Assembly: GCA_002633005.1 (NCBI GenBank)
Contig: NMRA01000400.1
Span: forward strand, 282,476 to 346,475
DNA from: Phoronis australis
Lineage: Eukaryota > Animalia > Phoronida
Length of the DNA stretch: 64,000 nucleotides
Reading direction: 5' to 3'
The position numbers were made by a program, and so were the translations under genes. Below are positions 35,783 to 49,668 of this stretch, in pieces (the first letter of the stretch is position 1; every line of letters starts with the position of its first letter). The notes beneath the pieces were generated by a model, which made no database searches, had not been told where the DNA came from, and saw only the letters and a list, made by a program, of their open reading frames with translations.

Positions 35783-38700
35783 TCACTCGACATCTCCCAC
35801 GTCATCATCCTCCATCATGGGTTCTTCATCATCTACAAGACCCCGCTGGTTTCTGTTCAACAGAACGGAGTCTTCGCCTAGGATGGAACACAGCTCACAC
35901 AATCTCTCTGTCATTTTCGGCACGCCTGCCAGTTGAGTTTCCAGCCGTTGTTTCTCATCATTGAGTGACAGTCGCGTGGCTGTGTCTAGCTGTTCCAGTC
36001 GCCAGCCACCCTCCCCATCAAATTGCAACAGGTGACTATGGAATTTCCTACAGAAAGAATCGGCAAGACCTCTCCACAGATGTTCACTAGTTCTCAAGAA
36101 TATATTGTCTTAACTTCAGTTGCAATTGGGCAATTTTGGTGATTCAAAAACTAAACACGATCAGCATTTGACTAGGAATTCAGAAATGTTATTGTTTATG
36201 TTCAAAAATTTTATAACTTGACTTTTTTTAAAGCACACCCCAGTCAGGCTAGATAGGATCTTATTGGAGATTAGAGCAATTATCAAACAAAAGAGAGCTG
36301 GCCCTCCAACCATAAATGCCAGTCGTGTAAGATACTGGCTACAGTGGTCATCCGCCCAATTTGTGCAACACAACCGACCAAGTTGGACTCAACGAGAGAA
36401 CACTGTAATGTCTGTAGGGCAAAATAGGGAAAACCGCTTATGAGCGACCATATTCTAAAAGTTGTGGGAATTTTCTTTTTCATCATGATTTTTTTCAATG
36501 ACTTCAGAAGAACTTCAATACACCGGTTAAAGTCATTTTCATAAAAATTCATGTATCCATTCAAATAAAGCACTACTTTGGGAACACCTTGAAAAGGGTT
36601 GGCTTCTGAGTTATGGAATGGAGTGTTAAGAGTGAGGGAACACTATCAATCAGGTTTGTTGTAACAGAAACTGGAGAAAACAAACCCCACACTGTACTTA
36701 CAAGAAATCATCAACATTGCTAAGGTCGTGAACTTGGGGTCAAAGGTTACTCTGGACTCGATCCAGTTATCAAGTGTCATAGAATACTGAGTAAGGGCTC
36801 CGTTATTATATTGGAAGTCATTTCTTAGAATATATTGTCCCCCAAAATACTGAAATCCATTCGTGTATCAAATAATCCACCTTCTGAATTGATGCACCAA
36901 ATGTTACGCTGTGGAATGAGTATCCCACTTGACAGGTTGGCCAGTCAGGATACATTGGAGTGGTTATCAGTTTGACAGTGGCAAACCTAAGTTGACACAG
37001 TACAGCTCACTTAATGTCTGCCTTCATCTGATAAGCTCATGTAATCCAGCAATTATGTTGTAAACAGTGCACTGAGGCTAACCGATATTTAAAAATACTA
37101 TTTGCTAATGATTTTCAACAAATGTGTTTTGTATGAAATCATTTCACCATAAAGGAGGAAAAGGGTTGACTTTCAGAGAAATTATACTTAACTTTCACAT
37201 GTTGATTCCTTTTGTGACTGTGACCTCTGACCAGCATAACCACAGTATTGTGTACTAACACAAAAAGGCTTGCTTGACAAGTTTAACTGAGCATGATTCT
37301 AGACTAGAACCTGATAGAGGAAATTTCTTGATTTTTACATTCCAGGAGAATGGTACACAATGACATGCTTTTCAATCATTAAATTCATCATCTTGACCAC
37401 GGGCAACTATGAGACACAATGAGATTATTTTACGAAACCTCACATACGAGTAGAAAAATGTCTAATGAGCTATAACTATACAGCCTGGCCAAATGACCAT
37501 ATCCTGGTAACATACCATAGAGATGGCCTGTGTGTGATTGTCAGTAAAGTTATCCCAGCATCCTTTGCAGCCTGGTAAATCTTACTCTCCACATCTATGG
37601 ACACAGCACTGGTACACTCGTCTAGCAGAGCAAACTTGGGACTATAAACAGATCGATTAAATGTTAGTTTTGACAATGCAAGAATTAAGAAAACTAGAGG
37701 TCACTGCAGAAAAAAACACAATACATCCCAAAAGTGAATGGGCAAAATATTGTTTCTATTTACACGTATCCACCATCTACCTGTAGTTTCAACTCCAGCT
37801 GTGAAGCGTTCTTGCAATCTTTTGTTAGAGTTCACAAGTCCTAAACCAATTATGTACCGTGGTTACATCCTTTGAGAAACCATGACATTGCTTTTTGGGT
37901 GATATTTAATGAATTTCTATGAAAAAAAGTTTCCAACATAATTGTCACTTCATGTGTAATTCAATTTCAGAAGTTAGACAGTCATATAAAAAATAATTTT
38001 TATTCCATGGTACTTCACGGGTACCAGAGTATAGACCTTACACCAAACAGTTGTTCGGGGTAACATACTGGAAAATAAAAATCTTGAAACACTTAATAGT
38101 TACATTGTTACGGGCCTAGTTGTAAAGCGCCACAGAGCCTATAAAGGCTGGTTAAAATCATAGCAGCCCACATGTGCCCTCTCTTACATTGAGGGGCATT
38201 TACCACTAACAACACCTCAATACGATGTATAATTGCACAAACCAGATGGGGTACTTACTGATGATAGAACAGCCTGGCCATTCCCATCCTCTGCTTCTCA
38301 CCCCCTGAGAGAACGTCTTTCCAGTCACTGGTAGCGTCCCAACCTGTCAGATGTATATTTTATGTGATCACTCCTCATGGTGTGGATAGTCACAATCATA
38401 GCTATAGTAAAACTCGCATAAGTTAGACACACATAAGTCGGATTTTCCATTAACTCGAACAAAGTGCCCGATTGTACTTAGTTACACTATCTAGTTCGTA
38501 CAGTCAGCCCTTCAGATAAGTCAGACTTCACCTTACTCTGGTAAAACCTCTCAGTCTGATTGGATCCAACTATCAATTCAGACACAAATCAATGTTATGG
38601 TAAGATGCTAAACATAAATTTCTTAAATTTAACTTGTCGAGAAATTGCATTCTTATTTTTTGTTTAAATACAGGGCAAACACATCTATAGCACAAACCAC

Positions 38701-41700
38701 AAATTAGCAGTCTCAAAAAACGACCATGAATGCTGAACAATGGGAGATAACTACAGTGTAAGGACATTGGAAGACGACAGGAAGACTGTAGTTTTCTAAT
38801 ATTCCCCGCTTTTTGACGAAATGTCATTCAATCGCTTACCTGTCAGATTGCAATCAATGCAATGGTCACTCTACTGTCCATCATTGACTCAAACTGAAAA
38901 TGATTCTAATTTAGGATCCAAGATTGAAATGTCAAACTTGAGATGGGGAGTGTACCCGGACAGGTGAGGAACAATCCCAGAAATCATTTTAGACCACAAA
39001 ATCAGATCAACTTCATTACAGTAAGTGCATGGTCTATCTTAACTTGGGTTTTGACAAAAGACAAGCCTTCATTGCCCCTAGTGAAGGCCCTACAAAACAG
39101 CCATACCTCCCTCGCGATGTACAATTTGCCGAAGGTGCACAATGCCCAGGATGTGTTCCAGGTCATCGTCTGTCTTGCCCTTTTTGCTCATGTCCTCTCT
39201 GGTGTCAGGGTAGATGACCTGATCACGTAAACTGCCTATGGACATGTATGGCCTGCAGCGACACACATTCAACATATTACATGTGTTTTGATCCTACCAA
39301 GAGTGTGTAAACAACACTTTGTGATAAAAAACAATTCGCCCAAGAAGAGTCACTTCTAAGATGCAACTTAGTCAGTCAACGATACAGATATGTTTGCACT
39401 AGGCCTGTTATGGTACACTGGGCTCAAAGACAACTCAGATCTATGTTTAAGAATATTTATTGTATTCTGTTTGCAATATGTTTTTCAATAATCAAATCGA
39501 AACAGATCAGTGAATTGTGATTTGATTAGACTGATAATTCTTGTCGTTTTTCAAATGTTCACTGACTGGTTTTCATGAGTCAGGTTGACTTGGTCATAGA
39601 ATGAAGTCACACAAAGGGAGAGCTGCAGGTCTTGATGCCCATTCAGTTTATTGACGGTAATGGTCTGATATAACGTGTCCGAACTTTGAGAACCAGGTTT
39701 TTTCCACTAACTAACGGGCATCACACTGGTTCTCAAAATACGGGCACGTTATATCAGACTATTGCCCAGATGACAGCATTACAGCTGAAAATGGCACTAT
39801 TAATAGTTGGCTAGTTCTTAGATTATAGCTATCAACAGTAGTAGGAATGTCCAGTTAGGATGAATGTCTCTTGATCTTGATGGACAAAAACCAAATTCTC
39901 TGCAAGAGTGTTGGTAACCAAAACACACAAGATCATGTAAGTAGAACCCTAAAGGATATTAGTTTTCTCACAGATCTAAATAGGCTTGAAATACAGTACA
40001 AGACGAAAGTAACCAGACAAAATTCTGTTTTCTTGCCACAACAGGCTCACAAGTATCAAATTGTGATTTGTAAATCTGAGTCAATTCTCAATTTACCGAA
40101 TGACACCAGACATTTTTAAACCTATTCTCTCACCTACAGTCACAGGTCTTAAGTGCAGAGATCAATATCTGTATTTTGTAACCAAGCAATGAAAGAATGC
40201 AAGGACTGAATAAGGACCAGGAATATTCTCCAATTTTCATTTTTTTTCAGTTGAAATAACGATGTAGCTTCACATGCTCTATGGCAGTTGGAGTAGGGAG
40301 ACATTAATGTCCTACCTGGGACCTTCCTTAAATGAATCACATAACTACGTAATGGTTTTTAATGTTTGAATGTATAATTTGGACGGAAATGAAAAATCAT
40401 GACTACAAGACAAACTACTCACCTCTGCGGAATATAATACATTTGATCTGTTCGTGGTTTGTACAACTTGCCACTGTACACTGGCCATAGTCCGCCCAGA
40501 ATTCTAAAGAGGGAGCTTTTTCCACAGCCATTAGGTCCCGTGATCAGCAAATGGGTGCCAGGCTCCATCTGTTGACAGAACAGGAAATTAGAGTGCCTAC
40601 ACAAACAAATGCCATTTGCCGGATTTCAATATATTAGCACAATGTTGTTTCAAAATATTTTATCATTAATTATGACACTTGTAATTTTCTGAATGCGATT
40701 ACTTGAAACTTGAATAAGACTTTTCTTAACGGACAGTTTTATGAAATTTGAATTTTGGATACTTGGTTACGTGTACATACTCAATTTAGTTTAAGGACTG
40801 CTCATCAATGTGGGAAGATATTACTGTACCCTGTTTGTGCTCAGCTTAATTTAAAAATGTTTCAATGGCTTAGATCAGGGCTTGGAATGACTTATGACAA
40901 AAAACGCGGAAACTTTGAAACTTCAACGGCCCAAATCATGCCCGATAACCAGCCTTGAATGGTCGATGTGAACCTTTCCCAGACAAAAATGGGGAGGACT
41001 AAAAAAAAAAAAAAAAACGTTACCACAATCAGTAGCATGCGTCTGCGTCCTTTTAGCTCGCCCGTCCACACATTTTTGGCTGCAGAGCGGTAGTATTTGT
41101 CGCCGCGCTTAACAATAACTCGAGACGCCATTGAAAATCCCACCACGCTGTCCCAGATGCCCCGGCAATGTTGACAATTTACGTTTCTCCGAAACATAAA
41201 GAGCAACTTCCACTTTTTGAGGTGAACGCCGTCTGCAACGCCGCGGTAAGAAAGGAATTTGCCGCGGAAATTTTATATCAAATCCGATTGTTTTACGCGG
41301 AAATATAATAAAAAAAGCGGACAGCACATTTGAAAAAAGCGGAAATCCGTGTTTCCGCGGAAAATTCCAAGCCCTGTTAGATAAATGCAACTCCCTGGTC
41401 ATTGTGCTTGTGTCTTGATTTTATACGTTTCCAATTAAAACGCCTTCACAGATGTCACACTAGACTTCGAAATAATATGGTTCATGGGACACACCGTTCA
41501 ATTTCTTTGGGCTACTTTCCAATATTTGAGGTTTGTGAAAACAGTCTAATCCTTACACTAGTGCAGAGCAATGAATATTAAGGTTAACCTGGAGGTACTT
41601 CTTACAGTGGGAAATACAAAACAAGAATTGAAACCGATGATTTTAATTTATTTAGTTTTACTTCTCACAACTGCCATCGAAATCGTTTCAAAGTTGATGC

Positions 41701-44700
41701 ATCAATGAACTCAACATGCGTCTTCTGCATTTTGTCAAACGATGCGAAAACATAGCCCTGGGCAAACGCCGAATTTGATGTAATGAACAGAAGACCTTAC
41801 CTTGAGAGACAGACTTGAGACTACCACATCACCATTTGGGGTAATTATGGGCAGGTCTTCTATTTCAATGGCAGACATCGTGTCATGAACTTCACCTGAA
41901 ACAGATGCAGCTGATTATGTCACACACAGAACACTTGGACAGACAAATAAATTTATGAAATATTCAGAAGGTAAAAAGCAAAAAATGCAGATTTAACACT
42001 TTTAAAGTAAGCGAAATACCAAGGAAACATAGTTGTGATAAGAATATACCGACGGTTTTTGATTTAATTTTTAAAATGGTTATCAATAAGCCAAGAATTA
42101 CATGCATGAGTTGAAACCAAGCAGAAAGTGGTTTAAATCAAAATTTCGCTTGCTGTAGGGAATTCAGGTTTAACCACTTTAAACATCTCAATTGCATTTA
42201 TTATAATGTACAAAGGATTGACATAAGTTCTAAAACAAGAACAACAAGATTCGACACCTTTTTTCAAGTTCTAGAATTTGTCAATTTTGATTTGACCTCA
42301 TAATTACTTAGTGGTTTGGAATGCTGTCTTGGTTTCAATGGTCCAACTGTGTGCACGATATATCAAACTTTCCTATACAATGCAGCACATCTTGTAAAAC
42401 CCAATACACAATTACTTAAGACCTGTTTGTTTAAATTTGGTATCAATGCACCCAGAACTACCATAAATGTCTAAGTTAACATTCATGCAAACATGAAATT
42501 TTAACTCATCATTGGCTTAACACTAAATCTCAATTTACGTGACTGAGATTTCCTTGAAAGTGTTAAAGTCTTTGCACATGGCTGACTCACACAGATCTCA
42601 GCTCTCAAAACATTCTATTCTAAAATCATTCATCTACGAGTAACCAACAGTCAGAGTTCCAGCCTTTTTCAGGTAGCAAAATACCAGCATTCTTTTATAT
42701 GCCTCTTGCCTCCGAGTTCAAATCGTTTACTTGAGTCAGGCCAACACCTACACCTAAAATACTCAAAATTTCATTTTTAAATCCCTGTGCTCTCCTAAAC
42801 ACCCACACCATATTTTCGAGTTTCAAAGAGAAGCGCTCTGGATCTTAACAAGGACGAGAATAGTAATGCCAAATCCTAACTGGCTTGAAATTACAGTGTA
42901 ACTATCAAAATTAACAATTTACATTATCGCTGAAATGCAAACACAAACCTTTAATCTCCAGAGGCCCTGATATCTTTTTCACTCCTTTCAGCTTGCGTGT
43001 GCTGACAACAGTGTTTCGTTTGTACACTCCCTGAGAAACCTCCTCGAACACTTGGAACATTTCAGCCACTCTGGCTGTGTAGCCAGCTAACTCTGTCACC
43101 TGGTGAACAAAAATGTTCATTGTTCAACAAAGGACATGGCCAAACACTTCCTGTTCTAAGCATTACAAGACTGTGATGTTCAGAGCTGCGGCTAATGTTC
43201 ACTTCCCTGAGTTTAGATTAAGTTATCCCACTTGGTTCAGTTTTATTGGTTTAAGAACAAGTAATTGATCCCTCCTACTGAGGCAATCTCTGACTGATTG
43301 AGGTTACATTGGACCCGATTTACTTTTTACCAGTCTCTTATTTATTGAGTCATGATACCAAGTTTTTTTGGTAAAATTATGCAAAAATAAAAGATACATT
43401 GATGCTAAAACATTGGTATAAACAACAAGACTAATTAATTTACTTGACATAAATGATCAAAATGAGATCCCAAAAAACCAGTTACAGTTTTCTAAAATAC
43501 TATTACGTTTTCACTTGATGCAACATTATTATTCTTTATGAAGGCCTAATTTTTATATCCCCTCAAAACAATCCATAAAAGAGTTCCGGAGAACTATACA
43601 TAAAGCATAGTACCTGAAAGTTTCATATAAATCAGATCAGTTCTGAGATATGATGTTCTGAAGTTAGCCAAATCTGGAATTTTTCTACTAGGGTCCCACG
43701 TGGCTTTAATCTCCTATGTAGCACTGTTACAGCAAGACATCTGACCTATAGTTCTATAACTAACCAACACCAACTCTGATAAGAATTGATACAGCTTAAC
43801 AGTGGCACAATATTAAAGATACACGAAAAAATTGTGACATGTTTAAAAAGATAATTCCGCTGGTATTTTTAACTTCTTGTCAATTACTGACTGTTATTAG
43901 TTTTTGATCACAAAAATCTATCAATGCGAACTACAGCTAATTTCTAGGTCATATTTGGGGGCTTGGTATAGCATTGTCACAGAGGATGTTATAGAGAAAA
44001 TCAAACTGCTAGAAATGAATAAAAATTTAATAACCCATTGGAATGTATTAAATTTGTAACAGAAATTTTTAAACTGGCGTTTGACAAGATTTGAAACATG
44101 TAGAACAGAACCCTACTAGTTGTTTAACAGCAATATGTTGGAAAAGATTGTGTTAATCCAATATGGGAAAATATTACTGTCTCGTGAATGGAAAAGTAAT
44201 ATGAATAATTTAAACAGCGATGTCACATATATGATGGGGTTCATAAGGTTAACATTATTCATTCAGTATTGACAATATTGGTCTTAAGAGAGATAATGAT
44301 GAAAATGTACAATAAGCATCCTTACATTAGAGGACACAGTCTGTACTGTATTAGTATGAAGACATGGTGAGAGTCCTCGAGAATTGTTATCACACACTGA
44401 AAAATTTTAAGTCAGATATGGAACGGTTCTCCCCTAATGATGACTAATGTTAAAAGAAAAATATAATGGTTAACTGTTGGCTCTGGGGGCAAATTTTACC
44501 TTAGAATAAACAAGTTTGACTCAAGTTTATAGTAGCTAAAGATAAAAAACAATAAATGTGGCTTTGTTCACTAACCGTTAAAAATCATTCTCATTTTGCT
44601 CGCTACTTAGAATAGAAATAAGATCTAGCAGGTCTTGGAATGACCAATGACAAAAAAGAAGAACATTTTCCACAAATAAACAGGCTTGTGTGATACAGAT

Positions 44701-47700
44701 ATTTTTGTGTTGTAAAATTTAACTGAAATAATCGTTTCTCCATCATTAAAGTCAAAATAATGATAAAAAAGAGACAAGAAAGAGGAAACTGGAAATCAAA
44801 TAGGAGGAAATTGAAACTAAAAAAGACGAAACTCTCTTAGATGAGAAAAATTTCAAGTCCTGATCTAAGCTTGGCAAAAACTGACTGAGATTTTGTTATT
44901 GCTCAGGATAAGGCTCATTAGTTAGTAGTTATCAAAGGTTGTTTCAGTTGCCGAAACAGGAATTTCAGGCAGTTCAGCACTCGACGCTGAGCATGTTGTT
45001 AACACACCAAGGCGACTTGGTAAAACTGGCAGGATGCCAAAATAAAAACTGCATACACAGGGGTGCGAAAATCCCGAGTCATAAAAATGACACGGTGAGA
45101 AAAGAAAATTGGGATACCTGAATTGAAGAGCCAACGAATTGGGCAGATGTACGCTAAAACCCCACCTTGCAGCATTTTTCAATTTTCTAAAGGAATGGAA
45201 AATTAGGAGTGCACTGACAGCTTGGTAATGCCCAGTTACCCCCTCGGACCCAACATTCCTTGCCTCCTACCTAAGGGAAAAGCAGGTGATCAAGCCACAC
45301 TGCCTGTGTGCACGAGTCATCAACCAGACATTCCAGTATTTGCGGAACAGTTCCGACAGCATCTATTTAATTCTTGTATTATTTTGAGCACCTGCTCCAC
45401 AGACAAATCCAGGGGCTCAAGGCGGTCTGGAACCCCTTTTTTCTCTTGATGTTCTTGATATCAAATCTAGAATTTTCAAATTGTTGACTTGGACCCCGTC
45501 TTAAAAAAATTTTTGAAACGACCTGCCCTTTTAAAAAATTTATATAAGCCCATGTACTCGGATTGTGCATCATGGCGACTTTTACCAGGACACCAAACAA
45601 AATGTGCAGTTGCATGGACAGGCTGCCAAATCCAGCAATGCACTTTCATGTAACCAATAACAAACAAAGGATAGGAATGCACCCTGACGTCACTCTAGAA
45701 GTGCAAGTAAACCAGTGAAGAAAGTTATTTCTGAAACCACAACATGCATGGTTTATTGACCCTTTAAGAGAGTGTGTTTGTGTTGTGTTGTGTGTGTTGT
45801 GTGTGCGCCTCTGCGTGTGTGATATGGAAATATTGCCAAATAAATGAAAGAACAGGGGTCTTGGAGGCTTTTCCTCATACCACGAGACGTACTTCTAACA
45901 GAAATGATATTTGCCCCAGTCTCCAGCATCATCTTATTCAATAGATCTACAGTGCGCTGCAGAGCACTAACACAACAGGGTATCCACGGTAATCTCACCT
46001 CTTTATATGAAGACATAATACGTTCAATGGCATCAGCAGCGCTAATGAGTAGGTTCTTGGCCGTGGTGAATGACTGTGTCCTCTCGCTGACCCCGCCATC
46101 AGGGTCATCGTCAATAAATGAACCTGAAGAAATAAAATTGGACCAGATTATAACTTTCATAAATCAGACCACACAATTTGCATTTTAATGGTTTTGCAAA
46201 AGACAAATTTATTACAACTACTTTTCAATATGTAACGTCAAGTATTTACTTAAACTATCCCATATAACTCCAGATATATATGTGCAGGCATATGCGTATG
46301 CACTACACAAACAAAAACCAGAGTTGTGCATCCTTCATTAAACTTGCTTCAACTTATGAAATACATTTCTAACACGTGAATTTAACATAATTTAATCTCA
46401 ACGTAAGTTGCCCCAGGAATAAGACGAATGAGTGCACTATATTAACTGAATGAAAAATACACTTGATTCCAGAGTGAAAGCCTCAGTCACTTCAACTTCA
46501 ACTTGCCCAAAAGAAAGTGTAATGTGGACAGAAGAGGTGCCAACAAGTTATCAGCTACTACTAGTACTAATATACCCGGTTGCACAGGTTAGCATTTTCT
46601 GCAATGACATGAGCACGTAACAACCGTTTTCTTATCGGTTTGGGTTTGAACCCTAAATGTTTTGGGAACACTCGAGAGCAAGAGACTTCAAGGGTAACCA
46701 GCTCAGAAATGAGTACCCTTATACACTGAAGCAAAATGACAAAGTCTAAGTAATGCCTATAGTATACCATCAGCCTTCACAGCCTTAGTAGAGAGGATAG
46801 GCACAGCGACCATGATCATTCCATTAGCACTCCATGTGTACTTCATCAGGAACTGTTCCAACATAATGTACCAGAGTCTCTTGCTGTAGATCAGATTCAT
46901 CTGCTGCATGACCAGGTCATAGCTTCGGCTCAATAGGTTGCGCTCAATCTGGTCAACAGTACATATGTATTGGGTAACGCAAGCATTAAAGATACATGCA
47001 TAATTTTAAACCAATGCAGCCATAATCAATTTTTAAAAGGTTACTAGTGGTCAATTTTATTTATTTCTTCATTAACTTGATCAACACATTGCATGTTACA
47101 AGGTCTAAGCACAGGGAAACGTGCCTCAGAGCTTTATTTACCAAACAACAGACTGAGATATCAGCCATGAAAATTTCCTTTCAAAAGAATGACTTTAGTC
47201 TAATTTTTTGATGGCAGATACCTGAGTTAATTGAACATTGGAGACACACTTCCTACAGCACTAGGCGATCACATATTATTAAACTAGTACGTAATTTTTT
47301 TTTGCAAATATATCCACACACATGGAGGAAAAGTTTTGAAGTGCTGTTTTGAAGAAACCTAACCAAGCCTATTTACTTCCAAAGGACAAATCTCTGTAAC
47401 TTCTATATCTTAGATCTAAAACTTATAGATCACAAAAGGTGACTGTTTAATTCACAGGCTTCATCAAGCTTCTGATCGTCCCCAATACCCTGATTGCAAA
47501 ACAAATTTAAAGACAAAATGTTGATATTTATCTATATTGTAATATTACATTTCAGTTTGGGACAAAGTGGGGAAGCCCCTTTTTAAATGGGAAGTGCTTA
47601 GTAGTACTATATGTACTGTATTGGGGACGATCAGAAGCTAAGGAAGCCCGTGGTTTATCATATCTCAACCGGTAATGAAACACATAGCAAAAAAGCTAAA

Positions 47701-48745
47701 TAGTGAATAAACTGAGTGTATTATAGAATATCACAGTCACAGAGGAAGAAGGTTCGTCACAGATACTAACAGAACGTACCTCATGGCCACCATAGAAGGC
47801 AATTTCTTCAGCGTTGGCAATGATTCGTGAATGCATGAATCGAAGATAACCTTTCCTGTGAGCTTCTTCCGCAACTAATTTTCCAAACCTTGGTGAGCAT
47901 GCCTTCAAAATCTGAGCTGTGGCAAGAACTGCGATGAATGCTATAATCACAGGCACTTTAGAACTGGCTCCACGATCGGCAGCTAATCTGTACAAGGTAT
48001 AGGACATCAGGACAACATCCAGAAATGGTTTGCTAAGAGAAGAATATAAGTGTGCCAGACTAGACGTGAACGAAGTGATGTCATCTGTCAAGCACTGATC
48101 GGCATTCGTTAGACGACCATCTAGGTTACTTACTCGATAGTAAGTCTGATTGCTAAAGTAAAGTTCATATGAATAATTCACAAGTTTTGTGCGGAGAGAC
48201 AGGGCGAGCTTATTCTCCAGGAATTTGATCAAACTGTTGATAAATGTGGCTGGAATTCCGACGGCTACCCACTTACTGAGTTGTATTGCAAAACGGCTCA
48301 CATTTCTCTGAACTATAGCTTTCACTATTTTGCCTTCTAACTTAGCCACAAAAATTGTCAAAAATGTCCTTGAAACCAAGGAACTTGAGTGAAGAAGCAG
48401 TAGTCCAAATTCCTTGGACCAAAGTCCAGGAATAAGGATTTTAAGCAGATTCCTGAGCTGCTGCAAAAACTCTCGGTTGACATTTGGCGATTTCTTCTTA
48501 AGGTCCCGGCCTCCTTCTCGATTCTCATCAGTTTGTTTTTGATTATGAGCATCTGCTTCGTCTTTTTCATCACGTTTAGCAGTTCCGTTCAAAGTCGACT
48601 TTGAACTTCCACGTCGCTTCGACTTGAGGAAATGGCGATACAACTTCAGTGCACCATAAGCCAAAATAAGACCTCCAGCTGTTTTTCCAAACACTCGAGC
48701 CGCAACAGCCTTGTTTTTTGAAGCAACGCGTAGCAACTTCGACAT
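35783..48745 (-). CDS. ABCD2: Peroxisomal ABC half-transporter, subfamily D (ABCD1/ABCD2 co-orthologue); 761 aa; exons 48745-47780, 46948-46768, 46123-45999, 43099-42949, 41895-41801, 40568-40423, 39252-39107, 38343-38259, 37641-37516, 36047-35783
   Basis: Ten phase-consistent GT-AG exons give a 2286 nt CDS. Motifs include [16 protein letters not shown], the EAA motif AEEIAFYGG, Walker [10 protein letters not shown], signature LSGGEKQR, Walker [12 protein letters not shown] and H-loop [12 protein letters not shown]1 and ABCD2 cannot be separated for an invertebrate gene. Confidence 0.95.
39655..39767. mobile_element. 113-bp hairpin MITE in an ABCD intron
   Basis: GGTAATGGTCTGATATAACGTGTCCGAACTTTGAGAACCAG pairs with CTGGTTCTCAAAATACGGGCACGTTATATCAGACTATTGCC, giving arms of about 41 bp. 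Confidence 0.7.
40876..41376. mobile_element. 501-bp hAT-like non-autonomous element with an apparent 6-bp TSD
   Basis: TIRs are CAGGGCTTGGAAT and ATTCCAAGCCCTG. TTAGAT is duplicated at 40870-40875 and 41377-41382. Many subterminal CGCGGAAA motifs are present. Confidence 0.85.
47453..47652. mobile_element. 200-bp older member of the CACAGG-TIR family in ABCD intron 1
   Basis: The element reads CACAGGCTTCATCAAGCTTCTGATCGTCCCCAATAC...GTATTGGGGACGATCAGAAGCTAAGGAAGCCCGTG. Its flanks GTTTAATT and GTTTATCA look like a decayed TSD. Confidence 0.8.
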
Positions 48746-48845
48746 GTCTGGCGAATGTGACTACTAATACTAGAGAAAAAATGAAGAGCTAAAATCGATC
48801 CTCTCTCACTCTCAGTCAGCTGTCAACCATGATGTTCCTGAATCT

Positions 48846-48871
48846 AGGTCAATAGCCTTGACCTTTGAACA
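48846..48871 (-). promoter_or_regulatory. Composite nuclear-receptor element (DR1 plus IR7) upstream of ABCD
   Basis: The sequence AGGTCA-ATAGCCT-TGACCT-T-TGAACA lies 100-125 nt upstream of the ABCD ATG. On the minus strand TGTTCA-A-AGGTCA is a DR1. Confidence 0.5.
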
Positions 48872-49171
48872 ATCGTCTGCTGTACGACTGGTTAGGAACT
48901 CATCGGCTTTTAAGAAATATTTGTATTTTCCTGGATGTGGGTGAATAGTTTCTACCAATTTGTACAACCACTCTTGCCTCGTCCCCGAAGAAGGTAAATC
49001 GGAAGCGCCTCTATAGTCCGAAGGCGCATTGGTCCGAAGGTTCTATAGTCATCACTACAGTACCTTCTGTTCAACGCCCAGACAGAGGTGACGCAGTAAT
49101 CGCAGTATTATAGCTGCATTCATGCACCTGCAATGGCGCAATGAAAGACTCTTCTAAATTTGACGTCTAGT

Positions 49172-49416
49172 CGCGGGCAGCGCAGCACTGAAATAATTGC
49201 GGGGGGAAGTGGCAGGTCTACGTTTTCAGCAAGGAGGGTTTAGGATTCGCGCGAATCCGAGGCGCGTAGCGCCGAACGGCGGTGGGGGGGTTGACGTTTT
49301 TTTAATTTTTAATTTTGATCCTATCCCCAGGGTTCAAACCCCCTGAATATCCCCCGTAGATCCGCCTCTGGGGGCTAGAGCCCGGCACCCCAGCCCCCTA
49401 TGGTACGCCGCCCCGT
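49172..49416. mobile_element. GC-rich MITE with a nested GGATCCGCC-type fragment
   Basis: CGCGGGCAGCGCAGCACTGAAA...CCCCCTATGGTACGCCGCCCCGT is flanked on both sides by TCTAGT. It belongs to the same family as 49525-49668. Confidence 0.55.
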
Positions 49417-49524
49417 TCTAGTGAGGGCTTATGCCAAGAGCACAGACTTTCACAGGTTCAGGTTTCATCTCGGCCACTGCGAGATCCAAGTCTCTGCTTT
49501 CACTCAGCAAATGCACTGACCATA

Positions 49525-49668
49525 CACGGGCGGCGCAGCACTGAAAAAAGCGGGGGGGGCTAAAACCCCCCTGAGCCCCCCTGTGGTGCGCAGCCTATAC
49601 ATCACGTGCGGCATAGCACTGAAAAAAGTGGGGCTATAGGCCCAACCCCCTATGGTGCGCCGTCCATG
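49525..49668. mobile_element. 144-bp MITE with a 5-bp TSD
   Basis: TIRs are CACGGGCGGCGCA and TGCGCCGTCCATG. CCATA is duplicated at 49520-49524 and 49669-49673. GCACTGAAAAAAG is duplicated internally. Confidence 0.7.
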
